Shown here: in pieces, positions 1-13,452 of the stretch
How positions within the stretch are numbered: the first letter of the stretch is position 1
Layout of the letters: every line of letters starts with the position of its first letter
Origin: Moniliella sp. 'wahieum'
Taxonomy: Eukaryota
Assembly (NCBI GenBank): GCA_003971905.1
Contig: RSEE01000017.1
Location: 682,001 to 746,000 of the forward strand
Direction: 5' to 3'
Length of the DNA: 64,000 nucleotides
The notes under the pieces: model-generated
What the model was told of the DNA's origin: nothing
What the model saw: only the letters and a program-made list of their open reading frames with translations
Database searches by the model: none
Made by a program: the position numbers and the translations under genes

Positions 1-3000
1 GAAGTGACAGTGTCACGTGGGGGAGAATGAATGTTCGGCCCTCGAAAATTCACAAAAGAGGGGGTCATCTTACTACATGGTGTAGAACAACAGACCACGG
101 TGCCACATGGTTACTAGTAGCGAAGATTGTGGAAGAGTCCATGCAGGCACATGGGCACTGAGGTCCACACAAGACACTCTAAATTGGGGCTCGCCTCCTT
201 GTAGCACAAGTAACATGCAACCGGAGTGTCCTCTTTCAGGACGGTCTTGTGCGAGTAGTTCGGGGGCACCTTTTTCCCTGTACGACCATCACGTCCCTTT
301 TGCGCCATGCGGCCATGGGTGCACCCATGAGCGACAAGTAGCGCCAAGAATCTTTTTGGGGTGCAGTAGGGTTCTGGACCCCTCAGCCGGGCAGCCGACG
401 CAGTGGACCATGTGTTAGCACATGATGATGTTACATGCTATGCATGATATGCTTCCTGTTCGGGCCACAGAGACACTCGAGCATCGGTTCGGATCAGGCA
501 CCCCAGCATGGACCGAGATCCCGATAATCCTTCGGTGTGCTGTTTAACGACCTTTTCCCCAAAAGGTCGCATGTTACAGTTCAGTCAACCGCGCAGAAGG
601 CACATGGCAAAGTCTGTGTGTGTTTCGCACAAAGGGGCATATCTGTAGGCTGTAACAAGTACAGGTATTACCTCAAGGGGCCAACGCTATACTTGTGTGA
701 AGTTATCCATTGTGGCCGGGAGAGCTGATGGGTGGCTTGTGCGCCCAGTGAGCGCAGTTGTGGCGTTCGCACTCTGCCCGATTTAGGTGTGCACATGGTT
801 TTCTGGTGTGGCACCTGTCAGCTTTAAGTTCTGAAGCCGGGGCTTGGAGAGGAGCCGAAGAGCCGAGGAGCCGTTCGCCTCTCCGCGTGGTTGTATGGCC
901 TACGACCCGCTGCGGTGATCAGGAGAATTGGGACGGGGCAACTGTGACATAGTGAGCATTACGATGAGGATTAAGCTTTGAGCTTTAAGGTTAAAGTGCC
1001 AGCAGGATAAGATTGATCATCGACCATCGATATGATAGTCCAAACCTATACACAGAAGAGGCCTGCGACAAAATAGATGATTTACTTGAGATATTGTATG
1101 GGGTCTACTTACAGTCTTGAGGGGCGTTCCTTTGGTCTAGTCCGTCCTCCGATGGTGCATGGTGGGAGACGGTGGTACCTGAGCCTGGCGGTGGCTATTA
1201 TCTCTCCCAAGATAATGTCAACTAACCTTTGTGTCAAGCTTCAAGCTTCAAGCATATGCCAAAAGTCTCCATGTGGTCAAGACGCCGATCGAATCGGAGC
1301 CTATACGTCAAAAGGCTTGGCTTTTGGAACGTGAAACGTGATGCGTGTAATCGATGATCGATGGATGGTGACCGGTGACCGGTGATGAGCGATGCATGAT
1401 CGATGTTCGGGCAGAGACAACAGAGACGCAGCCATAGCACAGCTAGCACAGCACTGCGTGCGCTCTCTTTTCAATTCGAGCTTCTCCAGACGAGGTGTCG
1501 TGCACCTCGTTGTCTCGCCTCGAGAATGGCCGAGGTGGACTGGTCTCCCTTGCCAGCAGGGGGATGGAAGTAGTTACTAGTAACAAGTAACTAGCGACCT
1601 CTATATAGTGAAGCAAGAAGCTGTAGTAATAGAAGTAACTATTACTACCTGGGAAGCCTGCATCCAGCAACATCGTAAGAGCAAGCGTCGTGTTGGGGAC
1701 CCCAGCTGTCAGCGCCAGAGGGGTGTGCTGCCCACGCAAGATGGCCTGGGATGGCCTCGGGTACTCGCTATGGCTGTGACATGCTTTACGCGACAAGCTG
1801 TCGTTCTGCCGCATGCGAGCAGGACGTGGGGATAGAGTGCGTGATATGTGGCGTATCACATGCGTCACATGATTTGGGAGATCTGAGACCGCGGGCGCGA
1901 CGCATGTGACGTGATTAATGATTAACGTTTAACGTACTTGACGATTAGCTCGACTATCGATTATCGATTTACGCGCGAGGGCATCGCGGCAAGGCAGTTG
2001 AGGCAGTCGAGGCAGTCGTCGAACAATGGCGCTTTCCTGCGCCCGACCCGACCCCGAACTGGGCGGGCCGAGCGCTGTGGCTGGGCTGGGACAAGGGGTT
2101 TGCCCAGGAGCAGCTGCCTGCCCAGTCTTCGGAACAAAAGGCGTCGCAAGCCACTGCGTGTGGGTTAAATGTTCAGGCATCAGGCATCAGGGCTGCGATT
2201 GAGGCGTGCCACATGCCATGCGTCGCGTACACGGCCTCGTTCGTCATCGGCATTATCGACACCATCCGCATCATCCGCAATCGATCGATAACCACCCCAG
2301 CCAACTCCGACCATGAGGCTGTGGTCTGAGGAGACCATGAGGATTCGGGTCAGTGCCTCGACCTCCATCTTATCGAAGCTAGCCCGAGGCGTTGTTGTTA
2401 GGCGCTGTAGTGCGAGCGCAGATGACTAGATGTTTTAGCGTCTTGGCCCGCTTCTGTTTCTCGGCAGGCCCAAACCGTATGGTTGCCCCCCTCCCACCAC
2501 CACCCCAGAGCCCAGGCAAGCCACGAATGATGCAGATGATGCGACGCCTCTCGCAGCCCTCCCCCCTACACTCTATGTAAGAGCGGAAGCACCTTCCCAT
2601 ACTTGTTGGCTGAGGCTGAGCGCTGAGAGGGGCTGAAGCTGAGCTGCTGAGCTCAATATCGGTACTCAGCGAGTACTCAGTTGAGTAATACTCATGGCGA
2701 AGGCCTACGGCCTAAAGCCTAAGAATCAAGTTCCTATTAGGGTACATGGCCAGCAGAGTGGCATTGCAGTGCACTGCCACCGTAGGACCACCCAGGACCA
2801 TCCCCCCCTCCGCAGTACCTACACTGGCCTCCTGCCACGCTTTCCCCACGCGGGTGCGCGGGCCGGATGATCGATGAAATATGATACACCACGGCCGATG
2901 GGGAAGCAGTGCCCAGTTGCCTTTGTCTCAGTTTACAGCCATCACGCATCCCATACATCATGGATCATAGGCCTTGGACCATTACACCCATCCCTTGTCT

Positions 3001-3185
3001 CCGGTTCCTCTCGTAGTCCTGCCACCACCCTCCCACCCTTGTCACTTCCACCCTCATCGATCATCCCAGTAGCGTGCCAAGTCGTATATATACCCTCCAA
3101 CCATCGGCCTCCTGTCTTCATTCCCCCACCCCCTTCCTCTGCTTCGCCCACACCTTCGCGGCTTCTTCTCCTTCCTCTCCACACC

Positions 3186-4437
3186 ATGCAGCTCTCAAGC
3201 ACATTTGTTGGCCTGGCCGTTGCCCTTGGCGCGGTACACGTCGCCGCCATCCCCTTCGGCCCGAACGGGGTCGATCACTGTGCCGCTCACCCGCCGGGCT
3301 GAGCGCAACTTCCGTCGTGCCGACGGATCGCTGGACGTGGCCAAGTTCAACCGCGAGCGCGCGCTGATTCGTGCCAAGTACGCGCGCACCCTGGCAAATT
3401 ACGAGCGCAACACCGTTCCAAGCACGCTCTTGCTACTGCCTCTGCCACTCGCCGCCGCAGTACCGGCACGGTCGACCTGACCGACATTGAGCAACAGTCC
3501 CTCTGGACCGGCGTCATTGGCTTTGGCTCGCCCGTGCAAGACATTCACATTGGTATGTTCCCCTTCCTCTCCCTCCGATTTCGATCTTGCTTTGCATCGG
3601 TCGGACACTCACCGTTCTTTTGTGGTTCTGGGGGGGGTCTAGATTTTGATACCGGCAGTTCCGACACGTTGGTGAACCAGGGCGCATACGACCCTGACTC
3701 GTCTTCCGACTCTTCCGACACGGGCACGACCTTCAGCGACTCTTACGGCGACGGTACCACGGCCTCGGGCGAAGTGTACTCGGACAAGCTCACGATCGGC
3801 GGTCTCACCGCCGACACCGCGTACATTGGCCTTGCAGACCAAACGTTCATTACGGGCGAAGGCAACAGCCAAGGCATCAGCGGTATGGCGTTCCCTAGCC
3901 TCAGCTCCTTCCAGCAACAGGAGCCTTACTTTCTCGTTGATCAATGCCGGTGTCTTGGACCACCAGGCGTTTATCTTTACCCTGGCTGAGGATGGTTCGA
4001 CCTTGACGTTGGGTGCGACTGATTCCAGTGCCGACTTTACCCCGGTCACCGACGCATCCTACTGGACTGTCGACGCTTCGGTAGAGGGTACCGATATCTC
4101 TGCCATCGTTGACACGGGCACGACCTTGATTGTGGCCCCCGTTAGTGATGCGGAGAGCTTGTACAACCAGCTCGGGCTCCAGTACTCTACCAGCGACGGC
4201 CAGGCCCAAGCGACGTTTGACTGTGACTCGCCGCCCTCGGTGAGCTTCAAATTTGGTTCCAAGACCATCACTTTGGGCGACTCGGTGTCAGCTGGTACCG
4301 ACTCGGACGGCAACTGTGTCTTCACCGTGGTAGGAGAAGACATGGGGATGGATTCGTGGATCGCTGGCGACTCCCTCATCGACTCGACTTCTAAGGTCAT
4401 CTTTGATGTGGCCAACCAGCAGGTGGGCTTTGCCTAA
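3186..4437 (+). CDS. Secreted pepsin-like aspartic protease (A1 family)
   Basis: Signal peptide MQLSSTFVGLAVALGAVHVAA, propeptide, catalytic motifs HIDFDTGSSD (formed across intron 3553-3642, GT..AG) and IVDTGTT, flap SYGDG, C-terminal WIAGD..FDVANQQVGFA. About 3 apparent frameshifts. Confidence 0.93.
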
Positions 4438-5457
4438 AAGGTATAGCTCTTGCCTTGCCCTTGCCCTCTCATCTGTTCATGGCCTCGTCCCACCGAATGA
4501 CCTTGGAGACGTTCCGGCTATGCCCCGCACAGTGCGAGGTTTTCTTCTTTCGACCTTCTTGTTTTCCCCCTTTTCGTCCTTTACTTGTTCCCGCCGCTCT
4601 CTTACCTTGATCTAGACCCCTCGTGACGGATGCTTGTCTCCTGCCATCGACTTAATATGTTCATACCTCTCACCACCTCCCATGCTCCAGTAGAACTTCC
4701 ATACTTTGCCATATCCCCCCAATAGTGAAATACAGATCAGAGAGTACTTGCGCACGGACTATTAGTACACAAACCAACTGTGTTTTAGTATTCAGGCTGG
4801 TTTTGATCACAAAATACAACTATAAGCCACCTCTGCGACTTGTTGCCACCAGTCTCTCTCCAAGTTCTATTGGCCCGTGTAGAGGTGTTGACCATAAGGG
4901 TCAGATCTTAGTAGAGAGCCCACCTCCTTGAATGTCACATTCATCTTCTTCCACATCCAATCATACAATCATGTTAATCATGGCAGTATCCCCTTCCACT
5001 GGCCAGTGCCACTCCTTTTTTCGCCCCTCTTTTACCCTAGTTCGTCATCCATTGGTTCCGGGGTTGCTGCTACGACACCAGCGCTCCCCCCCTGCCCCAG
5101 CAACCTTGGCACCTTGCCGCTTTCACCAGTTGCTCGCGCTCGCTCACCTAGTGGATCCGCATGCCTTTACCTTCTCGCCTTTCCGCCGTAATACGCGGCC
5201 GGTGGTCCTGGGCGCACTTCCAGGGCTGCATCGTGCCTCACCACATGCCACACCTCTCTCGTTTCAACCCCGGTAAAATTGTTGTGGACACGAAGACGTC
5301 ACGGCGTCCCAGGGGATATCCACTATCTACCAGGAGTGTGTGGACAGAGAGAAGGGGGACGAAGAGAGGCTTGAAAGTTGATGGCGGATTGCGCAGATAT
5401 CATGGAGGTTGCCAAGGAGATGTGTCGAGGGGAGGGGCTGGGGGGTCCGGGAAGATA

Positions 5458-5540
5458 AAGAGAAAGGATGAGATAGAGAGAGAAAGAAAGAGAGAGAGGA
5501 GAAAGAGAGAGGGGGAAGAGAGAGAGAGATAAGAAAAAAA
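5458..5540. repeat. Purine-rich (GA)n-like microsatellite
   Basis: Direct reading of GAGAGAGA/GAAA runs. Confidence 0.85.
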
Positions 5541-5773
5541 CAAGGCAAGGGTACGATAGGGTAAATAGTAAGAACAGCAGTCCAGAGAGTGAAACAAACG
5601 ATCAGGAAAGAAAGAGGCTAGCTTGGGGGGTGGGGGGGGGGGGGAACAGCCGCGCGAAGCCAGCGGAGTCAACCGAGGAGAAAAAGAGAAAGAAAAAGAA
5701 AAGAGACCATAGATAAACCAAGACATGTCATGCCACCCTGTGCACCTCCACCTGGGAATCTTAAAGGGGCGCA

Positions 5774-8700
5774 CTAGCCGGGGAAGTGATTTCCATCTCG
5801 GAAGCGGGTGAGCGCAAAGGCGCTGCGGGGGAGTACGGCGGCACGAACGCACTCGAACGCTCGTTGGGCCATCAGCAGTGCTTCCGTTGGTCCTTGCGAC
5901 GCTAAGGTCTGCAGTGCCGGAGCGATCTGGAGAGCAATCAAGTCCAAATCCCGTACCAATGGTGCCGGTGCGCGCGGGCCCGCATGCGAAAACAACTTGA
6001 TCACCAGCGCACATGCATTCGAAGCATAGTGCGGCGGCATTCGTGCGTCTCGTCGTGCCAAGACAGAGAGGAGCATGGTTAGCAAGCTGGGGTCGGTGGG
6101 TGGCTTGGTGGGAACAGAGGGTAAAGCCGCAGGACGAGTACGGGGGCTGACCTCTTCGGGGGGGAAGTACGAGCGAGCCTCGTCCCCTTCCGCCTGGCCT
6201 TGAGCCTCATCCCGTTCTGCCCCGGTAGGACTGCTGTTTGGGGCGGGGAGAAGGAACTGTCGGGGGACAAGCTGGCTCCCGTCCCAGCAGACATGGGGGA
6301 AGTATGTGCGTCAGGTGGAGCCGAGGGAGAAGGAGGATGAGCGACCAAGGCGGAGGCTACGCAGGCTGCACCAAATGGCGTGGTGGAGAGGAACCCCAAA
6401 GCGGTCAGACCTTCGTTGACCAAGACAGGGTACCGTGTAGAAGCACAGACCATGCTAGCCAGCGCATTGGTCACGGGCGCACACGCAATCGCCTCGCGGG
6501 CCGCCAACATGGTGCGGGCCAACTGGACGCCTTCGGCATTGTCTTCGCTCCGGGACGCAGATTCCAGTGCGGCTGCGTCAGGGAGGGGAATCAGGAACAA
6601 CGTTTGCACCACCACGCCCAGCACCCGTCCCGCTTCCAAACTGATCGGCGATGACGGTAAGCTGCTGGCCACTTGAGCCAGAGCATCGCGCGCCGGTCCC
6701 ATGGCAACACGCACCGAGTTGCCGGCTGCTCCTTGCGCTAGGTTCTTGAGTACCAAGACGGTGCGGAACAATAAATCGTTCGTCGTCACTGTCGTCCTCG
6801 TTCCGACGGTCGCAGGGGGGGGCATGCGCAGCACCCCGGCCGCCCTCTCCACCCAACCCAAGCTGCCCAGCATGCCCTTGTTGGCATTGGGAAGGGAAAG
6901 ATTGCGCATGGTCCCCATCAAGGTGGCGGATTGCTGAACCGATTGGCTCGCCCAGGTATGGTCAAAGATAGGCGCCAGCCGTTGGCCCAGTTGAAACTTG
7001 TGCACCAAGCTGATACAGTGCGGCTCGGTTCGAACCAAACTTCCCAAGGCCAACAACGCGACCGAGACGAGCTCACTCCGATTCTCGTCGGTGTCCGAGA
7101 GCCAAGAAAGAAGGAGATTGACGAGCCAGGTAGCAGAACCAGGACCTTCATGCGGTGCTCCCGTGCCCGATGGAGAGAAGAGCATGTCAATCGTTCGTTC
7201 CTCACTCAGCACAGCCAAGAAGCTCCGGACCAAGGCCGAGCGATACTGTTCAAACATCTCGTCTTCGCACCATGAACCGTCGCCCACCTCCTCTGACTCT
7301 CCCATCGATTCGTCCGAAACGGGGGCGGCAACAGACAAGATCCCCGTTCCCGCACTTTGGCGGAACAACTGCGGGGACGGCCGCGGGCTGGCGCGGAAAC
7401 GTGCCTCCTCTCTCCCCAAGCGCCATGCGGATGGAGGCGCACCCTGAGCCACAAAGGCGGCATACACCGCCATGGGGGTACGGTTGCGCAAGCCAGAGGG
7501 GTAGCGCACCGCATCGGCCCAGCTATCGGGAGCGACGGCAGCACGACGCCAGCGCTGCTATCGAGCGAGGAGGACTCAATGAGTTCCGCTGCGGCCGAAA
7601 GGATTTGCTCGTCGGCCGAGACGAGCATGCGCCGCTCGCTCACCCCCCACACTTCCTCCATCTTGCTTGGCTTGCTTGGCTTGCCACGTGGGTCGAGAAA
7701 TGCACGCAAGATGACGGCGGTGGAATTGATCGCCGTGTCGATGACAAGGGATTTGGCGTGCAACGGTACCCGACATGCTTCCACGCCTCCTCCTCCACCT
7801 CTTCCGCGACTAGAACGAGATCGGTGCCGGTGCGTAGGCCGGTGCCGCTCCGGCTCAGGCGAGGGTGAAGGCGGGCGGGCTGAACCGGATCGGGCAAGGG
7901 AGCAGAGGTGGATCCACGACTGCTGCCTGACAGACGGGCTCCTAGGCTAGCTGCACCGGGCGAAAGTTCGTCATCCGACAGGGGTGGGTCAGCAGGGGAA
8001 GCCAATACGTCCTGCAACACTTTCCAAGAGCGCGATGCAATGGTTGCGCCTGCCTGAACCAGCGCGCGCGCTCTCCTCGTCTGTAGTGAGCCCTCCCGCA
8101 TGAATCCGTACCCCCCCATCGTCCAAGAAAGGGGGGTATAAATCCGAGGGGACGATCCAAGGCGGAAGAGGGTACGGAGCGCCATAGGGTTCGATGCGAG
8201 GTACGCCTGGGTGGGGCTGTGGTCCAATTCGAGATTCTCAATGGCCCCCGTCGCAGCACGAAGGAGGTGCAAGGTAGTTGAATCAAACAAGACCAGCGTC
8301 GGGATGTCCGGTACTGGGTCGTTCAAAAACCCGTCCACGACGGCTAGGATAGCAGGTGCAGCATCCAGGTCCAGCAGCCGATCCCGGTTGACATCTGCAA
8401 AGTAAGGTCAGAGCTGGCTGCTTGGCCAAGGGAAGGAAAGTACGCACCGCAATCGACACATAGATTGCCCAGGACGCGCAGCTGGGTCTGGGCATCCTGG
8501 AGCGGTGCAAGATATTTAGACGAACGGGGGATGGTCGACAAGCGCAGCAGGGCTAGCACCTGCACTGGCATGTCCGACGAGCCAATGGCGATTCGCAACC
8601 GGTCTTGCCGTAGTACATCCGCCACAGGACGCAGGGTGCGAGCGACTGTATCCCACACTTCTTCTTCTTCGGACACTGCATCTGGGTCGGCACCGGGGGA

Positions 8701-9399
8701 CAACATGACCACCCTTCCTCAATGGCCATCATTGATGGAGGCACTTGATCGTCGTCCTTGGGCAGGTTCATCAGGAACGGCTGTGGTGCGCCTGGGTTGC
8801 GACGAGAACTGATACTGGAACGTGGGGTGGGCGAAGCAGGAAGGATCCTGAGGCCAGCGAGCTGACGCGGCGGACAGACAGAGACCCTGTGGGACGGGTG
8901 AGCATAATTTTGGGTCCCCAGCCTGGTCCAGGACCAGCTTGAGCAGGCACACCCAGTCCGGCTGCCGAGCCCCAGCCGAAGTCAAAGGCGGTGGGGCTAC
9001 CTGAGCGCTGGTACGAGTAGCCACGGCTGGGTTGGCGCGGGCGCGGGAGGCCGAGCATAAAGGATGGGGAGGAAGTGGTGGTGGAGGTGATGGGGGCCGG
9101 GGCGAGGTCGCCGACGGAGGCAGTGGAGGAAGCAGAGGACGAGGGCGGGAGGGAGGAGAGCAGCATTGACGGCTGTGCTGAGGAAGAGGGCGGCAAAGAG
9201 GCAGTGTGCACACTAGAAAAGGAGCCCGGGCGACGACGGTGGAGGCAGAGGCGTCGCTGAACGTGCCGGTGGATACGCCGCTGTCGGTGCTGATGGAGAA
9301 GTGGCGGCACAGCTGCTCGATGAGCAGCAACGCAGGACGTGCCTGCATCCAGACCGACTCGGGGTCGTCGTCGGCGAAGAGGTCGAAGGCCGCACTCAT
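5774..9399 (-). CDS. ARM-repeat protein, SmgDS/RAP1GDS1-like GTPase GDP-dissociation stimulator
   Basis: Stitched from several minus-strand ORFs: QLRVLGNLCVDC|DVNR (intron about 8394-8447), LLALGSLVR, MGTMRNLSLPNANK, VLVNEGLTAL. Low-complexity N-terminus from MSAAFDLF. Boundaries approximate; frameshifted. Confidence 0.65.
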
Positions 9400-12300
9400 C
9401 GGCCGGAGAGGAGGGGGGGCGGAGGTGGTGGTGGTGGTGTGTCGTCTGACCACGAGACGATCGACCAGCGACGGTCGAATGCCCCTTCCGCCGCAGCTCT
9501 CCCTGCATGCGGCGAGGGGTACAGCCAGTGCCGGTGGTGGGTGATGCATGCATGATGCATGATGGGCCGGATGTCCGCTCGTTGACCGCTGAGGTTAAGC
9601 GTTGATGCACTGATGCATGGTGTGCATGCATGATGCATGATGCCTGCTGACGCGCTGACGCTGACCTCATCGATCATCGATCCCTCTCACCGGCACTAGT
9701 TACCCAGTCGGTGAAGCCCCGAGGGGGATGTAATGCATGGCGTGTGACATGTGATGCATGATGCATGGGCGGCTCGCACCTCGCACAGCGCCAGTTTCGG
9801 CCCCAGCATCCGGCCCGGGAGCTGCACACTGCCCGTCTGCTGCGGACGGCGTTCCTGGAAGGACAGGGGCCACGTGCAACGCCGGTAAGGCGATGGCAGC
9901 GACGAGATCGGAGAGCATGCCGCGAGGTAGCCGGCGAGGCAGCCAGCGAGTATACGCTTGCGCTAGTATATGCGGGTAGGCGCGGGCAATACGCCGGCCT
10001 GTCGCATTCCTTCGCAGCGCATGCAGCATTATGCACCGCTTCCCTGTGTGAGAATGGGAGTGGCCGTCCAAGCCAGGCCAGCACAAGCCAGGCCAGCACT
10101 GCCAGGGCCCATGCGCCTTTGCTCGGAGCACCCCAGCTGTCAGCAAGAAGAGCACGGGGCCAGTGCAGGGCCCGGCGTCCGTCGGGCTGGGCGGCGCGGT
10201 GGCCAGCACAGGCCAGCACACCAACCGCTCGACTCCGATCTTTGTTTGCGGTGCACCAGCCCTGCACCGCAGCACCCCAGCACACCGCAGCACCCGCCCA
10301 GTGTACACAGCCGGCGCCTGTTTCAGCACACGCGGCCCACAACCTCCCGCCGCTGGCCACTAGCCGCCACTAGCCACTGCCGGCGCCTGGGATCTGAGAC
10401 CAAGCAGGGACAAAGGCTGGACGGTTGTGGCCTCAGGCCTCAGGCCTCAGGCTGAGGTAAGCAGAAACATGTTATGCATTACATAGGAAGCGCCGAGTAA
10501 GCGCAGCGCGCTGAGCTCAGCCGTTGGCATTGTTTGCTAACGTGTTCCTCAGCACCTCGCATGCATCATGCACCGTGCCATTACTTGCATGGCTTCCTGC
10601 CCTGCCGCATTCTGAGAAATCGCGTGGGAACGCTGGCTGTCTCAGGCGAGCGTTGCACTGCGATTAGAAGCGCTATAATTTGAGCGCATGCGAAATAGCG
10701 CAGCAGGGTGGAGGTGCTGTGCTGTTTTGCATTCGCCTATTCACAAAAAATATTCACGTGCCACACCCGACATTAGTATTACACCACTTCGGCCCATCCA
10801 CTCAGTACGTCAGTACCGTCAGTACTCCTCTTCAGGGCCTCAGGACAGGGCCGCAGTACTGTGCGACTCAGTACTCAGTACCCATTACCCGGCCGTAGTG
10901 CGCAGGGTCCAGCTGACCTTTTGCATACTGCATGCCGCCACCAACAGCAACAACAGCAACTAGCAACCGCTAGAACCCCAGGCCAGCCCCCCTAGCATTC
11001 ACCACAGCATTATAACCCTCAGCCTCCAGCCACAGGTCATATATCGATCGTAGCTCATCGATTATCCATTATCGAACGAGATTACTCTATGACAGACGTC
11101 TGAGATTCTGAGATCAAAGATCGACGAGCGCTCAGGCCTCAGGCTGAGTCTCTTCTTGGCTGACATATTTTTGACCTTTCGTGTGTCTCTGTGTCGAGGG
11201 TGCGAGGGTCCTCGATTCTCGCCAGCCACTCGCTGTTTTATACGCGGCACGAAGATCATCCGCACTCTACAGTCAGTCCATCCCTATTCTCAAGTCACAA
11301 AACACGTTTTCAATTCGCTCGTACATCTCAGAGATCTTGATCTCTGGCCTGAGCCTCAGGTCTCATCGACATGAATCACATCAAGATCGTCCAACAGTGC
11401 AATCTTAATTGCATGTGGTGATGATTGAAACACGAAGGCTTTTGTGGGGAAAGAGACGCAAAGGTTGTTACTAACTGCAACGGCAAAACGGCGATGAGCG
11501 TTACCTCCGTATTTCTTCATCGACGGATCGTTTCCTTCCTCTTCCTATACCCAGCGCGATAGTACATGTTACCGAATGACTAAGCTCGCTCCAATTTCCA
11601 ATTCTGCATCCTGTGTGTCTCGCACTTCCCTTTCCTTTTGCTTCTGTTCTCTGACGGATGTCTTCTGTTTCCTCCCACGAACGATTTTGCATTTCCCCCC
11701 GCCTCTGACAGGGCCTTAGTCTCCCTCATCGTTTAGTCCCGACTGTTACACTATAATAGTCCGACCGTGCGGCGCCTTCGAGGACCATCAGGCCAAGACA
11801 CCTGGTCTCATCTGTTAGAGGGTACTGCTAGGGTTCTCCTGCACGGCCCTCAATGGATCGGTGACGTTCGCCTAGCCGCGAGCGGAAGCGTTCCGCTCGC
11901 AGGCCGCGCACGCCCTGCTCGCTCCATCTCCCTTCTCTCTCTCCTTTCTCCTTCCCTTCAGACGTTGCTTGAAGACTTTTGTGCTCACCACTTTGCCTTC
12001 ACGCCTTGTCTGAAGGCTGCTTTGCAGCTGATCCATAGGATCGCGAGTGCTCCCAAGTCGCACTCTAGCATCATCGACATCAATAATCGCATTTTGGACA
12101 AGAAAATAGCCTCTAGCTTTAGAAGACCATGCCTCGGCCGCTCAAAAATGTTTTGATGGTGGAGCAGCAAGCAAAAGCAATTACGATGGTGACCCTACGG
12201 AATCTCCGCTTCAAGCTTGAAGCTTCACATGACCCGTGACGCGTGACCGGTGACCGGTGACCGCCACACGTCATGATTGTGCGCGGAATGGCAACTAAAG

Positions 12301-12426
12301 TTCCGTTCCGCCCCGCTCTTTGTCGGGGTTAAGTGTTTCTCGCAAGCATTGATGCCATTGATGCAATTAATGCTTGACGTGCTTCTTTCCACCACCACCA
12401 GGCGCTGCAGTACGGATACGAGGGCC

Positions 12427-12836
12427 ATGGCGGCAAAGCAAGTGGAGCAGCTGATTGCCCAGAACCGGGTATTTGTGTTTTCCAAGTCATTCTGTCCCTA
12501 CTGTACCGCCAGCAAACGTACGTCCTCCCCTCCGCGTTCCACTCGCTCCAACAGTCGGCACACAAAACGCGCGTATATATTGATTGGCCGTGACCGAGCT
12601 AACCCCGTATTAGCTTGCTCAACAAGTTCAACGTGGCGCCCTCCCCGCTCGGTGTGTTGGAGCTGGACCAACTGGGATCGAAGGGGGCTGAGATCCAGAC
12701 CTATTTGGCTTCCAAGACGGGCCAGCGCACCGTGCCCAATATCTTTATCAATGGCAAGCATGTGGGCGGCAACTCCGACTTGCAAGTGCTCGCTTCTGAT
12801 GGGCGACTGAAGGAGTTGCTCTCCCTTGAACGTTGA
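12427..12836 (+). CDS. Dithiol glutaredoxin
   Basis: [12 protein letters not shown] active site, [22 protein letters not shown]; intron about 12518-12613. Confidence 0.95.
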
Positions 12837-13452
12837 ACGTACTGAACCGTGTCCCACTATTTTCGTAGCTCCGTGTTACATGTGGGTCACAATATCCTCC
12901 GCGGCTGGGAAGATACACTTTGCCTGCTGACGGTTTTGTTGGTCTAACGGGACTATAGTCTGTGTTTGGAATGAGCCACTTGACTTCGGCCTCCGCTGGG
13001 GGGTGAGCTGTGTTTGCCGCTATGGATGCGGGTTACGGAAGGGCTTCGGCAAGCATGGAAATGAGAGTGACCACTGCAATGCTCACATGGCCTGGATCGC
13101 ATGACCCTGGGCGCTGGCGATGGTATCACATTCATGAACAGGGGAAGTTCGGACGAACGTTGCTGGTGCTGGGGCATCTTGAAGCTTCAAGAACTACATA
13201 CCACTGCCACGGTGATGGATGTCACATTGTCACATGTCACAAGCCGGAACAATGAAAGGAAGACATCCGTTAGGGCCAAGAAAAGGAAAGAGGGACACGA
13301 GCTGAAGAGCTCCACTTAAATTACATTGCCCAGTGGCATGGCTGTACATTCAACAGGGGGTTGGAAGGAGTCTGGGAGTCATTCGACGGCAGCGAGACGG
13401 ACGGTCATACCCGCTCACGTAGGATGCGGCGTTTCCGGGTACACCGTGATAT

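Noticed and set aside
1..1330. Short ORFs at the left end
   Set aside because: No recognisable protein motifs or terminal repeats; may be degenerate sequence.
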